DNA of 64,000 nucleotides from Octopus vulgaris (Eukaryota): NCBI GenBank assembly GCA_951406725.2, contig OX597827.1, positions 32,612,001 to 32,676,000 of the forward strand, read 5' to 3'. Shown piece by piece: positions 24,365 to 38,959 of this stretch (position 1 is its first letter; each line of letters starts with the position of its first letter). The notes under the pieces were generated by a model. It saw only the letters and a program-made list of their open reading frames with translations, ran no database searches and was not told where the DNA came from. The position numbers and the translations under genes were made by a program.

Positions 24365-25704
24365 CTTATATATATATATATATAAACACGGGCGCGCACA
24401 ATATATATATGCACACCTCTTATATCTTATTTGTTCTCACTCAACAATTCCACACGACAGGCAAGTGTGTGTGTGTGTATAAGATTTCAAGGTCTATCTC
24501 TCGCTCTCGCTCTCTCTATCTCACACACTCTCTCTCCTTCTCTCTCTCTTTCACACACACACACACACACTGCAACCAGGCAAACGCAACAAACCCCATC
24601 ATTATTTCATTACATCAAAGTCTGTCTCTCGTAATCACCCACCACCACCACCACCACCGCTACTACTACTGGCCCTGCATTGCACAGACGTCTATTTTAT
24701 GGGGGTAGAGAGTCCCTATCAATCGTGCCAATTATACTGATAATAACGTTGATAATGTTAATAATATTGATACTAAAAATAAAAAATAATTATAAATAAA
24801 AATAATAACAATATTGATAATTATGATATCGATTTAATAGATAGGCACAAGGACAGATATTTGGGGAGAGGGGAGAGGGAGGAGGTGGTTATATCGTGTC
24901 CCAAATCTACCTTTCTTCATCGCTTGACCACACGTGCACACGCACATACATACGAACATATATACATGAACACACATATACACGTAGGAACCCATATACG
25001 CATGCATACACATACACACGAGCAGACACACACAGAGGCACACATACGTACCCACACATGCAAACATACACACACCATATACGCATGCACACACATGCAT
25101 ACACAAACGTGCACACACGGACACAGATGAACGCATAGAGATACACGCGTGCGCGGACACGATGCATGTTTGGACAGCCACATGCGCATACATCCATACG
25201 CACACGTATATACTCACATACAGATACATACACTCGCATACGCGTGCATACACACATGACATGGGCGCGCGCGTGGAACAATGACAATAAACAATACAAG
25301 AAAAAACAGACAAACAAATTGAAGAGAAAAACAAATACAACAATATCGACGGATCAACACGGATTGGAAGGAGCAGACGAAGTGACCGGCGGACGACCCT
25401 TTCTGTGGGGATGGTCGCGTGTGAAGAGAAATAGAGAGCGAGAGAGAGAGAGAGTGGGGGCGAGAGAGACAGATAGAGAAACACAGAGATAAAGAGACGG
25501 ATTTTCTTTATTGGCCACAAGGGCTGTACACAAGAGAAAAGGACGAGACACAAGGGACGGAGGGGAGCTCAGAAGAACAAGGAAGATTGTATGTGGTCAC
25601 CTAAAGTGCTAGAAACAACAGCTACATCCCTCAAATTATTTACAATGTATACCATACCGTCTTAAAAATAACATTGAAAATTATATGTTAAATAAATAAA
25701 TATA

Positions 25705-25728
25705 TTTACTACTACTACTACTACTACA

Positions 25729-25766
<38 letters not shown>

Positions 25767-25859
25767 AACCACTACTACTACTACTTCTGCTACGACAACC
25801 GCTACTACTTGTATCAGCGCTGCGACAACCAATACTACTACTACTACTACTACTACTAC

Positions 25860-25890
<31 letters not shown>

Positions 25891-25950
25891 ACTACTACTG
25901 CTACTGCTGCTGCTGTTGCCACTGCTGCTGCTGTTACTACTATTACTAAT
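25705..25950. repeat. (CTA)n/(CTG)n compound trinucleotide repeat
   Basis: Direct reading. Confidence 0.9.
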
Positions 25951-26635
25951 ACTACAGTTATCTAACGTACTAAAAAAATAGACCAGTAAACAAACAACAA
26001 TAATCGAAAAAAAAACAGAAAAAGAAAGAAAGAAATAGAAAAAGAAAGGAAGAAAGAGAGAAAGAAAAGAGGAGAGAGAGGGTAAAGGACGGTGATGCTC
26101 GTGTGTGTGTGTGTGTAGGCTTGTAAGGTTGGAGGTGTCGCATTAGAGTGGTTTGTTTGTAGTGGTAGGTGCTGGTTGTAGTGGAGAGCTGGTTAGTTAC
26201 TTGCCAGCTAGCTTGATTGCATCCTTGCTTGCTTGGTGGTCAAACGAAAGCCAATTTAAGGCAAAAGCACTGGACAATTAATATATAACTGACACGATCA
26301 ACAATTACCAAGGTAAGACTACTTGTTTTTTGTCTTTCATTTTTACGTGTTCATGGCTGTATATATGTATGTATTTGTGTATATATATTTGTGTGTGAGT
26401 GCGTATATGTATGTATGTATGTATGTATGCATGCGTGTGTATAACTCTCATTTCCTCCGCGTGAGTATTCGCGTGTATATATAAATATACATACACACAA
26501 TTGTGTGTATGCGTATATAAATATATACACTGATGCATAAATATATACATTTATATTCTCTCATTTACTCCTTGTGCGTGTGCATGCTTATAATACATAT
26601 ATATGTATCTATGTATAATGGACATTTACATATAC

Positions 26636-26681
<46 letters not shown>

Positions 26682-26995
26682 TAATGCGCTCTGATACGCG
26701 CACGGCCTCACACATTCATACACACATACACATTTGTATATGCACACACACACACGTAGACATGTACTTATATACATATAAATGCCTATATGTATGTGTC
26801 AATATATTATATTTATATTATGTATATGTGTTCGAATATGTGTGTGTATACAGATCACTTCTTGTTTATTCCCTACACCCCCACCCTGCAAATCGTCCGC
26901 TTTTCTACGAGGTAGCTACCCACGTGGCATCCATGTTAACAGGTGATATATATATATATACAGGGATCAGGTCTCTCTCTCTCTCTGTGTTTCTC

Positions 26996-27088
<93 letters not shown>

Positions 27089-28514
27089 CTCTCTCCCTTA
27101 ATTATAAATCAGAGCGAGAAGCGAAAAATTATATAAATCACAAATTCCGCCCTTGCAAAAACCCCACCTGAAGACTGCTTCCTATGTAACAAACCTTTTT
27201 ACTGCTATATTTATTTACCGTTTATAAAGAAACAACCAAGGAGGGTCTCTCGTTACATTTGTCACACAACTGGCAAGAAATAACAGCTAAATCCTTCTGT
27301 TATTTAATACACGTTCATATTTAAGAAAAAGGGGATGATGTTAAATAAATAATATAGTCTGGGAGAGCCATAGATGAAACGCCTTTGTTTATAGACCTAC
27401 TCAATAGACCTGCTCAATTGTTGTTGAGCTGGGGTTGAAGGATAAACAAAAAATGAAACTAGTTTTATGTTGTTTTTCTTTTATGTTGTCGTACGATCTT
27501 TTAGAAACAGCAGCGACGTCTCCCAAATAATCACACACTATCATCTAGAAAAGAAGATATGTGGGATATTATAGCCAGTTGCTGGCGAAAATATATAAAT
27601 AAAATATGGGATATTGTCAATATATTCGTTCATCCCCTGTGATCAAGCAAATCTATCATCAAACGGCAATCCCCCCTTGGCCGTCCCGTCTGTTTTTTGC
27701 TTGTTTGTTTGTTTGTTTGTTTTTTCAGATAAATATATCACGGGTTACATTATCTAATGTGTTTAAAAGAAATAGGCGCAAAATAAAAAAACAAAACACA
27801 CGATAGAGTGTAATTTGCGGCGGGCAGAACTGGCTGGTGTTTCTAGCACGCCGAGTGACCATGCAGAGTCTGCCCCGTTGGTTTGTAAAGGAAAGGAGGA
27901 CGTGATTGCAGCTGATCGTGTCTATTTGTGGTTGTTATTCTGGCGGCTGGATTTGAGCTAGCCTAGGGCTAAAAGTAAATATAAATACTACAGCAACAAT
28001 AACATCAACAGCTTGTTAATAATGTGTAGATGAGACATTTTAATGTAGCAAAGCCAGGTCTTCTATCAAAGAAACATGTAGCTGTCACGAAACTGGTGAC
28101 TGCCCCCTGTTACATGTGCGTGTGTGTGTGTGTGTGCGTGTGTGCGTGCGTGTGTGTGCGTGTGTGCAGAGGACGGAAGCATCGAAAGGATGACAATGAA
28201 AGTATATAGTGTCATATATATATATATATATATATATAATATACATATATGTTATATATATGTGTGTGTGTAGAAAGAGAGTGAGAGAAGAGGGAGAGAG
28301 AGACAGACTCATATACAAGCACTACAATATATATATACACACACACACACACATCATACATACATACATACATACATATATACATACGCCCTAACACACG
28401 GACTGTTCCATCTGCTGGAAATAGCAGCCGAAACTTACCTCAAATGACATTCGTCTTTGAAGAATTATATTACAGAGTGTGATCAAATGTGTGTGTGTGT
28501 GAGAGAGAGAATAT

Positions 28515-28576
<62 letters not shown>

Positions 28577-28922
28577 TTATATACACACACACAGTTGTCC
28601 ATGTGTAAATATATTTGCATCTGCGTGGATGGGTGTTTATGTTGAGAAAACATTTGTATTGTGAAACTGTCAAGATTTTTGTCTCTCGATATGAGCGCCT
28701 CCTCCCACACACACACGCGCGCGCGCATACGTACGCGTGCACTCACGCACACACACACACACGTAGGCCAATCACTATAACGTACACATCGATCTCGTGC
28801 ATGTTTAAATAAATATTTGTGTACGTATATATTTGTGCGTGTGTCTATGTTTGTATATACAAGCGTACATATGTGTGTTGTGTGTGTGTGTGCATTTGTT
28901 GTATATCTTTATTATGCGTGAA

Positions 28923-29240
28923 GGCGCGTGGCTTAGAGGCTAGGATATTCGGTTCACGATCGTAAGATCCTGAGTTCAATTCCCGGCGGCGCGTTATGTC
29001 CTTGAGCAAGATACTTTATTTCAGGTTCCTCCAGTCCATTCAGGTGGCAAAAATAAGTTGTACCTGTTGTTCAAAGGGCCAGGCTTGACACGTTCTGTGC
29101 CACGCTGAATCTCCCTCAGAACTACGTTAAGGTCATGTGTGTCTGCGGAGTACTCAGCCACTTGCACGCTAATTTCGCGGCCAGGTTTTTCCGTTGATCG
29201 GATCAACTGGAACTCTCGTCGCCGTAACTGACGGAATATC
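28923..29240 (+). mobile_element. SINE family C (tail type 2)
   Basis: Homologous to 2828-3148 over its whole length. Confidence 0.8.
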
Positions 29241-29266
29241 AGTTTAAAACCTTTATTGTATGTCTG

Positions 29267-29331
<65 letters not shown>

Positions 29332-29346
29332 ATATCTATCTATCTA

Positions 29347-29397
<51 letters not shown>

Positions 29398-29439
29398 TGT
29401 ATGTATGTATGTATGTGTGTGTGTGTGTGATGGAAAATT

Positions 29440-29650
29440 CTGTAATTCCTCGCCATATCTCAAGTTTACGTCGATTCTTCTGTGGTGTAGTTTTGCATTT
29501 ATAAGAAAATAAATATATACAAATTATAAAAAATAATTAAAAAAATATACAGTACAATACTGTTTCTACTTCGCGGATTTTCACCAATTGCGGGGGGGGG
29601 GGGGGGGGGTTTGGAACGTAACAGCTGCGATGGTCGAGGGATTACGGTAG
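29440..29650. mobile_element. pogo/Tigger-like MITE, degenerate
   Basis: Ends gtaattcctcg...cgagggattac; internal tactgtttctacttcgcggattttcacc shared with 40845-41025. Confidence 0.7.
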
Positions 29651-30319
29651 ACGTATGCAAAAATGCTTATTTTAACATTCAAAAAAAATCTTTGAAAAAG
29701 TATTAAAATATAGGAAATAAAAATAATGTAATATAAATAATAGAAATCCCATTGGATAGTTGGTAAAATAAAATGTGGTATTATTGAACCCGTGCGTGTG
29801 TTTATTTTCATTTTTATTGACACAATAGATACAATACATACAATTTATTGAAAACGATTCCTTTTACAGAAATTCGATATTGGTGATCAGTTTGTGAAGA
29901 AAAACAATCTAATGAGGAAATATAATTGATAAATTTTTTGATTTAAAATACTTAATCGAAACCCAGCAAACGAACAAAATCTCACTTATAAGATTGGTGC
30001 TAATGCATTGATACTAATTCTCAGAACTTTTGGTGTTGTATGACAATCATGACCATTTCTTCCAATATTCAGCATTTATTTTGTTAAGGGGTCCGATTTT
30101 AGAGCGCGCATATGTGTGGGTTTAATAACAGGCTGGTGAGGGTTTGTGTTTCGTGAGCCAGAAAAATGTGCAGATTCTGTGACAGCAGTTTTAATACTAC
30201 AACCGGTGCACCGTTTCACCTGTTCACAGTATGAAGAGGGTCTAGATTCTATCTACTGCAACCATGCTTGCAGCCCTGTTGCCGTTGGCACAGATCGGTA
30301 ATCGATTAAATTGGCTCCA

Positions 30320-30475
30320 CTACTTGGAGTGATACCTTAATTTATTGGTCCCCGAATCAATAAAAAGGAATCGACGAGGTAGGAATTTGAACTTCACTGA
30401 GAACGTGAAAAGCCGGAACAAATACCGCATGGAATTTCGTCCGATGCTCTAACGATTCTGCCAAAACACCGCCCC
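30320..30475 (-). mobile_element. SINE family B, degenerate
   Basis: gctctaacgattctgcca, ggaatttgaac. Confidence 0.65.
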
Positions 30476-30839
30476 GTGTAAAGTGCAAATTATAACATTC
30501 AATAGTTTTTAACACTCGAATAGCTAAACTATGGTACATAAACACTAGCACATACTTCTACTGGCACTAAATGCCATACAGTTATCACTGACTCACGGCA
30601 GAACGAGTCATTGAGGTTGCACTGTGTGACAGTTGCCGGGTTCCAGTTTTGAGATATATTAACCTTTTCCATACCTCTATTCCCTCTAACTTGGGTGCTC
30701 GTGCGCGCGACCAAGTTAGTTTTTTTTCTTTTTACTTTCTCAGTTAAGGGACGTGTTAACAAAAACAGCATCAATCTCACGGCTGTCAGAGAGCATAGAG
30801 AGATCACGGGCACTGCCCCTGCCTGTTCAGCTTTTGCAA

Positions 30840-30901
<62 letters not shown>

Positions 30902-31029
30902 TCTCTCTCCCTCTCCCCCTCTCTCTCTCTTACACACACACGTACACACATGTATATATATTATACGCTTGTATAAACACACACACACATATATATATAT
31001 ATATATTTGTATATTATATGTATGCGCGC

Positions 31030-31066
<37 letters not shown>

Positions 31067-31515
31067 GTGTGTATACATATATATTGTGTGTGTGTATGTG
31101 TGTATATATTATATGTATATCAATATATGTATGTATAGTGATCTTTCAGATTATGATCACAAAGTGAAAGTGGTTTGCAGTAGTCATAAACTTCGATAAC
31201 CTTGAATGTATGTATGTATGTATGTATGTATGTATGTATGTATGTATGTATGTATGTATGTATGTATGTATGTATGTATGTGGTGTGTGTATGTATGTGT
31301 GTGTGTGTGTGGCGGATGCCTTTTTTTGACCGGAAGGAACGACAGCGACAGTCCATAAGTTCATAATAAGAACTGGTGTAATCCCTTAATTTTTCTTTTG
31401 TACCTTGGTAAACCTGCCACTAAAAAGAAATTCTTATTTCCATTTCTAGTGCTGCCCCTAAGTAGCGTGCTTATTTTTGGCTTATAATATATAACATGAT
31501 GGGTAACTGTGAGCT

Positions 31516-31600
31516 CATTACAGCTGTTTCGTACGCATCTTTTTAATCGAAGAATGTTCTCATTCTTCTATTTAAAAATGCGTAAGAAACAGCTGTAATG
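31516..31600. repeat. Fold-back hairpin carrying the HHR 3' half GAAACAGCTGTA on both arms
   Basis: cattacagctgtttc..tacgcat..gaagaatg / cattcttc..atgcgta..gaaacagctgtaatg. Confidence 0.8.
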
Positions 31601-31834
31601 TTTGATTACAATACACCAATGATATTTACGAGTTGTCAGACAGCCTAGAATATACCAACAACGTACTATGGACCAGCCCCTAGGCACTACAGACTTATCA
31701 GGTTTGTTTTCTCTGTGTACACCACTGGAATATTCTATTTGATACTTACGATCTATAAGCCGGAACCACGGATTTATCCAACCCTACTTGGTGCATATCT
31801 ATCTGAATCCTTATTTTACAATACACACACACAA

Positions 31835-31907
<73 letters not shown>

Positions 31908-31916
31908 CGTATATAT

Positions 31917-31947
<31 letters not shown>

Positions 31948-32194
31948 GAGGCACACACGAACACACACACACATCTAGTTCACTAACCGCAAGGGGATAT
32001 AAATAAACACTATTTAATTTAAATTTACGAATATAACTGTAAATGTATTTTTGCATCATGTGTTAAAACAGGTGTGTGTATGTGTTTATACATATATATA
32101 CATTTATATATATATATATATATGCACTTGTATTTTTATGTACATGGAGGACAGTAAATATACGTGTATACCTATCTACATATGTATGTATGTG

Positions 32195-32264
<70 letters not shown>

Positions 32265-32374
32265 GTATGCGTGTGACTTTGTATATATATTAAACTCATA
32301 ATTGTATTTTGATAAACCGGATTATTTTCGTTTCGTTGACGTTAGCCAAGCATAGTCATCGGTGTTTGATAACC

Positions 32375-32785
32375 ATGTGTGTGTATGTATGTATGTATGT
32401 ATGTATGTATGTATGTATGTATGTATGTATGTATGTATGTATGTACGTATGTATGTGTGTATGTATGTACGTATGTATGTATGTATGTGTGTATGTACGT
32501 ATGTACGTGTGTATGTATGTGTGTATGTATGTGTGTGCGTATGTAGGTATGTATGTATGTATGTATGTACGTATGTATATACGTACGTATGTATGTGTGT
32601 ATGTATGTACGTATGTATGTGTGTATGTATGTACGTATGTATGTATGTATGTATGTACGTACGTATGTATGTGTGTATGTATGTGTGTGCGTATGTTTGT
32701 ATGTATGTATGTATGTATGTATGTGTGTATGTATGTATGTATGTATTATGTATGTATGCGTGTGTGTGTGTGTGTGTGTGTGTGG
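32375..32785. repeat. (TATG)n-derived tetranucleotide array
   Basis: Direct reading. Confidence 0.95.
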
Positions 32786-33000
32786 AGGGGGCGGTGTGTC
32801 TGTATTTATAAACCAGAAACAGCGTGATTATATGCGTGAGAATATAGTGATCAATTTACTCTTTTATGCATGCTGTTGCTGCTGCTGCCACTGCTACTAC
32901 TAATATAAAAACATTGAAATGGTGAGTGTGTATGGGTGTGGTTTACTCTACAAATGTCAACACACACACATACACACATACATATAATGCAATTATATGA

Positions 33001-33070
<70 letters not shown>

Positions 33071-33146
33071 GTATGTATATATGTATATATATATGTATAT
33101 ATATATATGTATATATATATGTATATATATAAATATATATAAATGT

Positions 33147-33238
<92 letters not shown>

Positions 33239-33328
33239 TTATATATATATATATACATATATATACATATATATATACATATATATAAATATACATATAT
33301 ATATATATATATATACATATATACATAT

Positions 33329-33388
<60 letters not shown>

Positions 33389-33389
33389 C

Positions 33390-33450
<61 letters not shown>

Positions 33451-34204
33451 TATATATATATACATGTATACAGCTGTTGCTATTGCGCGCAGAAACGTTG
33501 TGATTTGTGATTAAAGCCTGTTCATTCCAACTGGTTTCGTAGATTTTTGCCTAGTATGTGTAAATACATATATTCAGGCGTGTATATATGTATATACACA
33601 TGATTGTATTTATAGAAATACGCGCACAAATATGTATATGTATATATGTGTGTATGTGTATTTTTTTTTGTGTGTGTAATGAAGGACTCTCTGTTTAACT
33701 GTTAAAGGCCTTACGTTAGTGTTCCTTAGCTTCCCTGGGTCAACACAAGTCCAAGCAGGCGGATGATTTAACCATGACTATCCAAGTATATACTATATCT
33801 AGCATCATCATAATTTAATATACTGCCCCTGTAAGGTAGCTCATATGTGGCTATATGTAGAATTTGCTGTTATTTCTAGTATTTTGACCGACTACTTAGA
33901 GCGTACACCATTGGTTTGCGCTTCAATGTATCTATATCGTGTGTATTGCAGTAGAACAAGGAATTTCACAGAATTTGTCAATAATCTAACCTAGACAGAC
34001 ATCAAACCTTGCATTTTTTTTCAAAATCTATATCTGGTGCACATGTCCTTTCGACATTTCTTTTCTTGTTTCTCCAATCCATCTTTTTTCCTTTTTCCCT
34101 CCCTTTCTTGCTCTCCTTCAAACTGTCTATATCTCCATGTGGGCGAGTCTTTTTATATTTCTATTTATCTATCTATCTATCTGTCTATCTGTCTGTCCAT
34201 CTCG

Positions 34205-34317
<113 letters not shown>

Positions 34318-34521
34318 TAGATAGATAGATATAGATATTTAATCTTCTTGAATCATTACTCTGGTTTATGGTTCGTGGCTCCGAGTATTCAAACGGTCCA
34401 TTTGAACAATTAGAAACGTGGAACTCAATGTTAACATTCCAGAACGCGCGCGTATGTATGTATGTATGTATGTATGTATGTGTATGCATGTGTGTATGTA
34501 TGTGCATGCATGTGTATGTGC

Positions 34522-34560
<39 letters not shown>

Positions 34561-34619
34561 ATAAGACACGTGAACATATATATGTTCTTGTCCATGTCTG
34601 TAATTATTTTTACTGTTTA

Positions 34620-34718
<99 letters not shown>

Positions 34719-35396
34719 TTCACGTGCCTTATTTTGCCTTACTTTCCTTCTCTTCGCCATCACCCATCTCTCTTAAACATCTCATTATGCTCTCTCTACA
34801 CCATCACGTCTCTTGCTTCATCTTCTCTTCCTCCTCCTTCTCCTCCTCTCTCTTAATGCTTACTTCCCACGCGCAACATAACTGATTTCCATTGGCAAAT
34901 GCCGGAGAGAAGATTGAGAGATAGAGAGAGCTAAACAAAGGTAAACAAGCTCCCGGCAATCTGAATTAAATAACGGCGACGGTGTGGTTCCCGTTTCGAT
35001 TCCTGTTGGCAAGCAATCAAGCCTCTCTCCCTCTCTCCATTTCTCCCGTTAAAGCATTTTTGAGAAGGAGAGGTGAAGGCTTCTAGTTAAAATGAATGTT
35101 CACTGCAGCTTCAAATTTCCAGCCCCGTTTAAATGAGAGAAAGCTTTGTTTTCCTTTTACTATAGCAAAGTTGAGAAATGCATAAACACCACATAATTTC
35201 ATATCAATAAATGGTTTTGTGGTTACTTTTATATATGATTATGCAGCCTAAAACCAGGGATGTGGATCTCTGGCTGGAGATGCGTGGTGCTGCTGCTAAG
35301 AGATTCAATAAAAAGAAGGAAAAGGGTACGAATTTAGCATATATTACGCAAACTCCAGCGAAAAACGCAAGAATGGCCGGTTAAGAATTACCTGCT

Positions 35397-35467
35397 TTAG
35401 AGTTCTACAGGCCGATACCAAGGGGACAGAGTACAGCTGAGGCGAACTACAGGGCATTGTTCAGGAC
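35397..35467 (-). CDS. Candidate exon 2 (coding part): (C)PEQCPVVRLSCTLSPWYRPVEL*
   Basis: Acceptor tctgtatgttttcag|G, phase matches exon 1, donor CAG|GTAATT at 35391. Confidence 0.35.
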
Positions 35468-35587
35468 CTGAAAACATACAGAATCAATATCCGTGGCCTT
35501 ATTTTAGTAAATCCCTTCAATATTGGTATTACATTGTAATTCCCTATTTTAGGGAACCACTTTTGTTTAGTAAATCAGAGACCATAC

Positions 35588-35843
35588 AGTTGGCATTGAA
35601 GCCGTTGATTTTGGCGACCTCACAGATTTTCACTCTGTCGCTAAATTCTTTGATATTTCGCCATCTCTGTTTAAGTCTTCGTCTTAAATGTAACACTCTC
35701 AAATATGGCACATCAGTCGTCCTCGTTCTCATGACTACTTTTCGTACATTGCGTCTATACTCTGTCTCTCTTCTGTTGTTTATCTTGCAGTCCCATGTCT
35801 TGAAGATAAATGGAAGGAAAATCATTACAAGATACTGCCACAT
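35588..35843 (-). CDS. Candidate exon 1 of a small secreted-looking basic peptide gene
   Basis: gaaATG start, hydrophobic YLVMIFLPFIF, 85 codons plus 1 nt, then donor GTATGG at 35587; non-repetitive sequence. Confidence 0.35.
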
Positions 35844-37775
35844 TTCCTTACTACAATCTCCAAATTCTTCGGAATTTCCTTAAAAAATCCCAGAAAAGGT
35901 TTTAAAGCCTTTTATTTCGAGCAACAAGCTAGTTGCCAGTCATAGCTTTTAACTACCCACTCTCACAAACATATTCTGTCTGAAATGAAAGAGTTTATGG
36001 TGGGATGGTCACGTAGCAAGAATACCTTTGATCATAGATCTATTTATCAAACAAGATTGACTCAGATGGACGATGGAGTTGGGTAGGGTGAAATAGCAGG
36101 ATCGGTGGAGCACCGAATAAAACGACTTCTGTGCTTAGTTGTATCGCCCTCTTTTGAGTTCTTGTACCAAATCGCGTCGAACTCGAAATTTGCCTTTCAT
36201 CCTTGCAGGATGGATAAAGTTAATTACCTGTCACTGTTGTTGTTGTTTTACTCTAGGTCGACCTTACTCAATCAAAGACGTTTCATCCGTGACTAGCTCA
36301 TCTTACTTTTTTTAGAATTACATTATGCGTTGTGTCTCTGCATACATGCGTATGTATGCCTGCACGTATGTACGTATGTATGTAGATAGATAGGTAGGTA
36401 GGTAATTAGGTAGGTAGGTAGGTAGGTATGTATGTAGATAGATAGGTAGGTAGGTAATTAGGTAGGTAGGTAGGTAGGTAGGTAGGTTCGAGGACTCAGA
36501 TTTTGCTAAGAGAAACGAGATCGTTTTCGGGTCCCATTCTGCTTTTTACTTTCCCGCGTCCTACCTGACCGGAAGTGACGACAGTGAATCTTATAATTTC
36601 GTTGTAAACAAATTTATGTAACAACCAACGTATAGAATGTAAGTATATAGTATATAATATGAAAACCGTATTTTATATAAGATGAAAGCAATCACTTTTA
36701 CGGGAAAACATAACAGTTACGGATGCTCGAAATGAGATCCACAAATAGCTTTTAACAATTTCTTGAGCTGTTTCCAGAATTGCTCTCATAAAGATATGAT
36801 ATATAAAAAGCAAACCTCCGAATTGCTTTCTCTGCTATTTCTGAAATATTTAGGATATCACTAGAAGGTACTATACAAGTAACGTACCTGTGGTCCAGGC
36901 ATTTATGAGGGAGTTCTATTAATAAAATTAAGGGATTACACCAGTTCTTATTATGAACTTATCGCTGTCGTTCCTTCCGGTCAGTTTATTTTCATTTTTT
37001 ATTATAAACCCTCACAATTGCATGTTAACCGATCGAACAACTAGACCGTGCATGAGACATGGTTCATCATCAGGCGGGCCGCACTACTAAAAGAAATTCT
37101 AAAGTAAGCTTTTGTTAGGCGTGTCAGTCAGAAAATTCCGCGCGCCGCAGTTTGCCTGTGACTGAACTAAAGGCTCATGAACCGGAACCGACGAATTTCT
37201 CATATAACCGTCGCACCCTATAAAACTTACGCAACACAACACAAACATACACGCTCTCATTCATTGACACACACGCACACATTGTATCTCCCCACCTCTC
37301 TCTCTCTCTCCCTCTATCTCTACCTGTCTGTCTGTCTGTCTATCTGTCTATCACTTTCTCTAAAAAAATCAGACGTCCCCTCCCATTAAGAAACGATTTA
37401 AGGCAAAAAAGAAGTCGTTAACCGCTATTTTATCGACATCTTAGCGTTTCAAAACAAAACAGAAATGACAAAAGGCATTATTGTCAAGCGCTCTACCTAT
37501 TCTGTCAATTCAATCACATGATCATCACCATCGTCATCATAACGTTCACTTTTTCATGATTGCAGGGGGTCAGACAGTATTCATTGAGGCCGAAGGATTC
37601 CTGTGGCCCTTCATGTCGCCAACTGTTTTTCTTTTTTTCTTTTAACAAGCAAGGTAATATTTCCCCATAACCCAACATATTGTTTCCGCGGAAGACTGGA
37701 AACTAACGACACCGCTTGTATGACGGTCACAGTTGTTCACAAATATCTTGCGACATCAAGGCAAAGAGAGATAAA

Positions 37776-37822
<47 letters not shown>

Positions 37823-38645
37823 CAGGCCTCTTTCAGTTACTGTCTACCAAACTCACTCGCAAGGCTTTGCTCGGCCTCGCCCTAAATGCTGCGCAATGTG
37901 ACTGAACGCGAAACCACATGTTTGGGAAACGAACTTCTTAATCACACAGCCTTGCCTGCGTTTGTATGTAACTATTGATTAAATAGACCCCCTAATATTT
38001 GACTGGTATTTTATTCGAGCCGACGGAGTGGGGAGGGAGGTCCACAACGTGGTCGCTCGGGCTGCTAGAAATAGCAGGTCCAGTGACAACTCACCTTCTG
38101 GTAGTTCACAAAGGTAGTACTAGGAGTCCGTGAACTAAATATAGATGTTGCACGGATGGTAGTCGAACCAAGAAAGAAAGGTCAGGCTTGGCCGAATACC
38201 GGTCACAGGGGGAGATAGAAGAGAGAGAGGTAGAGGTAGAGAGATAGAACAATTAAGGAGGGGCGAGAAAAAATGAAAGGGACACAGTGAAGTGAAAGAG
38301 CAAGAAGAGAATGCCAGTGACTGTTTGTCCCCCCCACCACCACCACCACCATCGCTTGACAATGGATGTTGGTGTATTTACGTCCACGTCACTTAGCGGT
38401 TCAGCAAAAAGAGACCGATATAATAAGTACTAGGCTTTCCAAGTGTAAGTTCTGGGGATCGATATATTCGACTAAAGATGGTGCTTTGCAAGATTCTTGA
38501 TGTGAAATCGTGTGTTGAAACAGATATTGTTATATTTCGGGACGGTCATTTTCTTTTTTTCTTTTTGCCAAATAAACACACGCACCATATATTTGTTCTT
38601 CACTCGTCTATTACTGTTCTTTTTAAAATTTTAACTCATGTCCAT

Positions 38646-38690
38646 TGTCCGGAAATATTTCGTCACACATCTGTGACCTCTTCAGCGACA
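38646..38690 (-). ncRNA. Type I hammerhead ribozyme motif
   Basis: TGTCG-CTGAAGA-G-GTCACA-GATG-TGTGAC-GAAATATTTC-CGGACA. Confidence 0.65.
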
Positions 38691-38959
38691 CTTTTCGTTT
38701 TCGTGTGTAGGGTCCGTGGGAAAATTTGTTAAAATAAAAAGGGTCCTTGGTAGGGAAAAGGTTGGACACCACTGCCCTAGAGTCTTAAAGAAGGAAATAA
38801 TATATTGACTAATGTAGTCCTACATACAAACGCTTTGAAAGACAGGGTGGTCATGGATGGAATGCTTTTGATCATAGGTCTGTTCGATCAGTGAACTACT
38901 GGTGTCGATAATATCGACTAATCCCTCCCTTAGACTTTCAAAACTTTTACCGATGTCAA

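Noticed and set aside
35247-35470. Alternative plus-strand two-exon reading PKTRDVDLWLEMRG...EFYRPIPRG
   Set aside because: Weaker splice signals and no upstream exon or start found; kept only as an alternative to the minus-strand model.
36566-36582. ETS-like CCGGAAGT plus TGACG as a promoter
   Set aside because: Short motif in probable repeat sequence with no TSS evidence.
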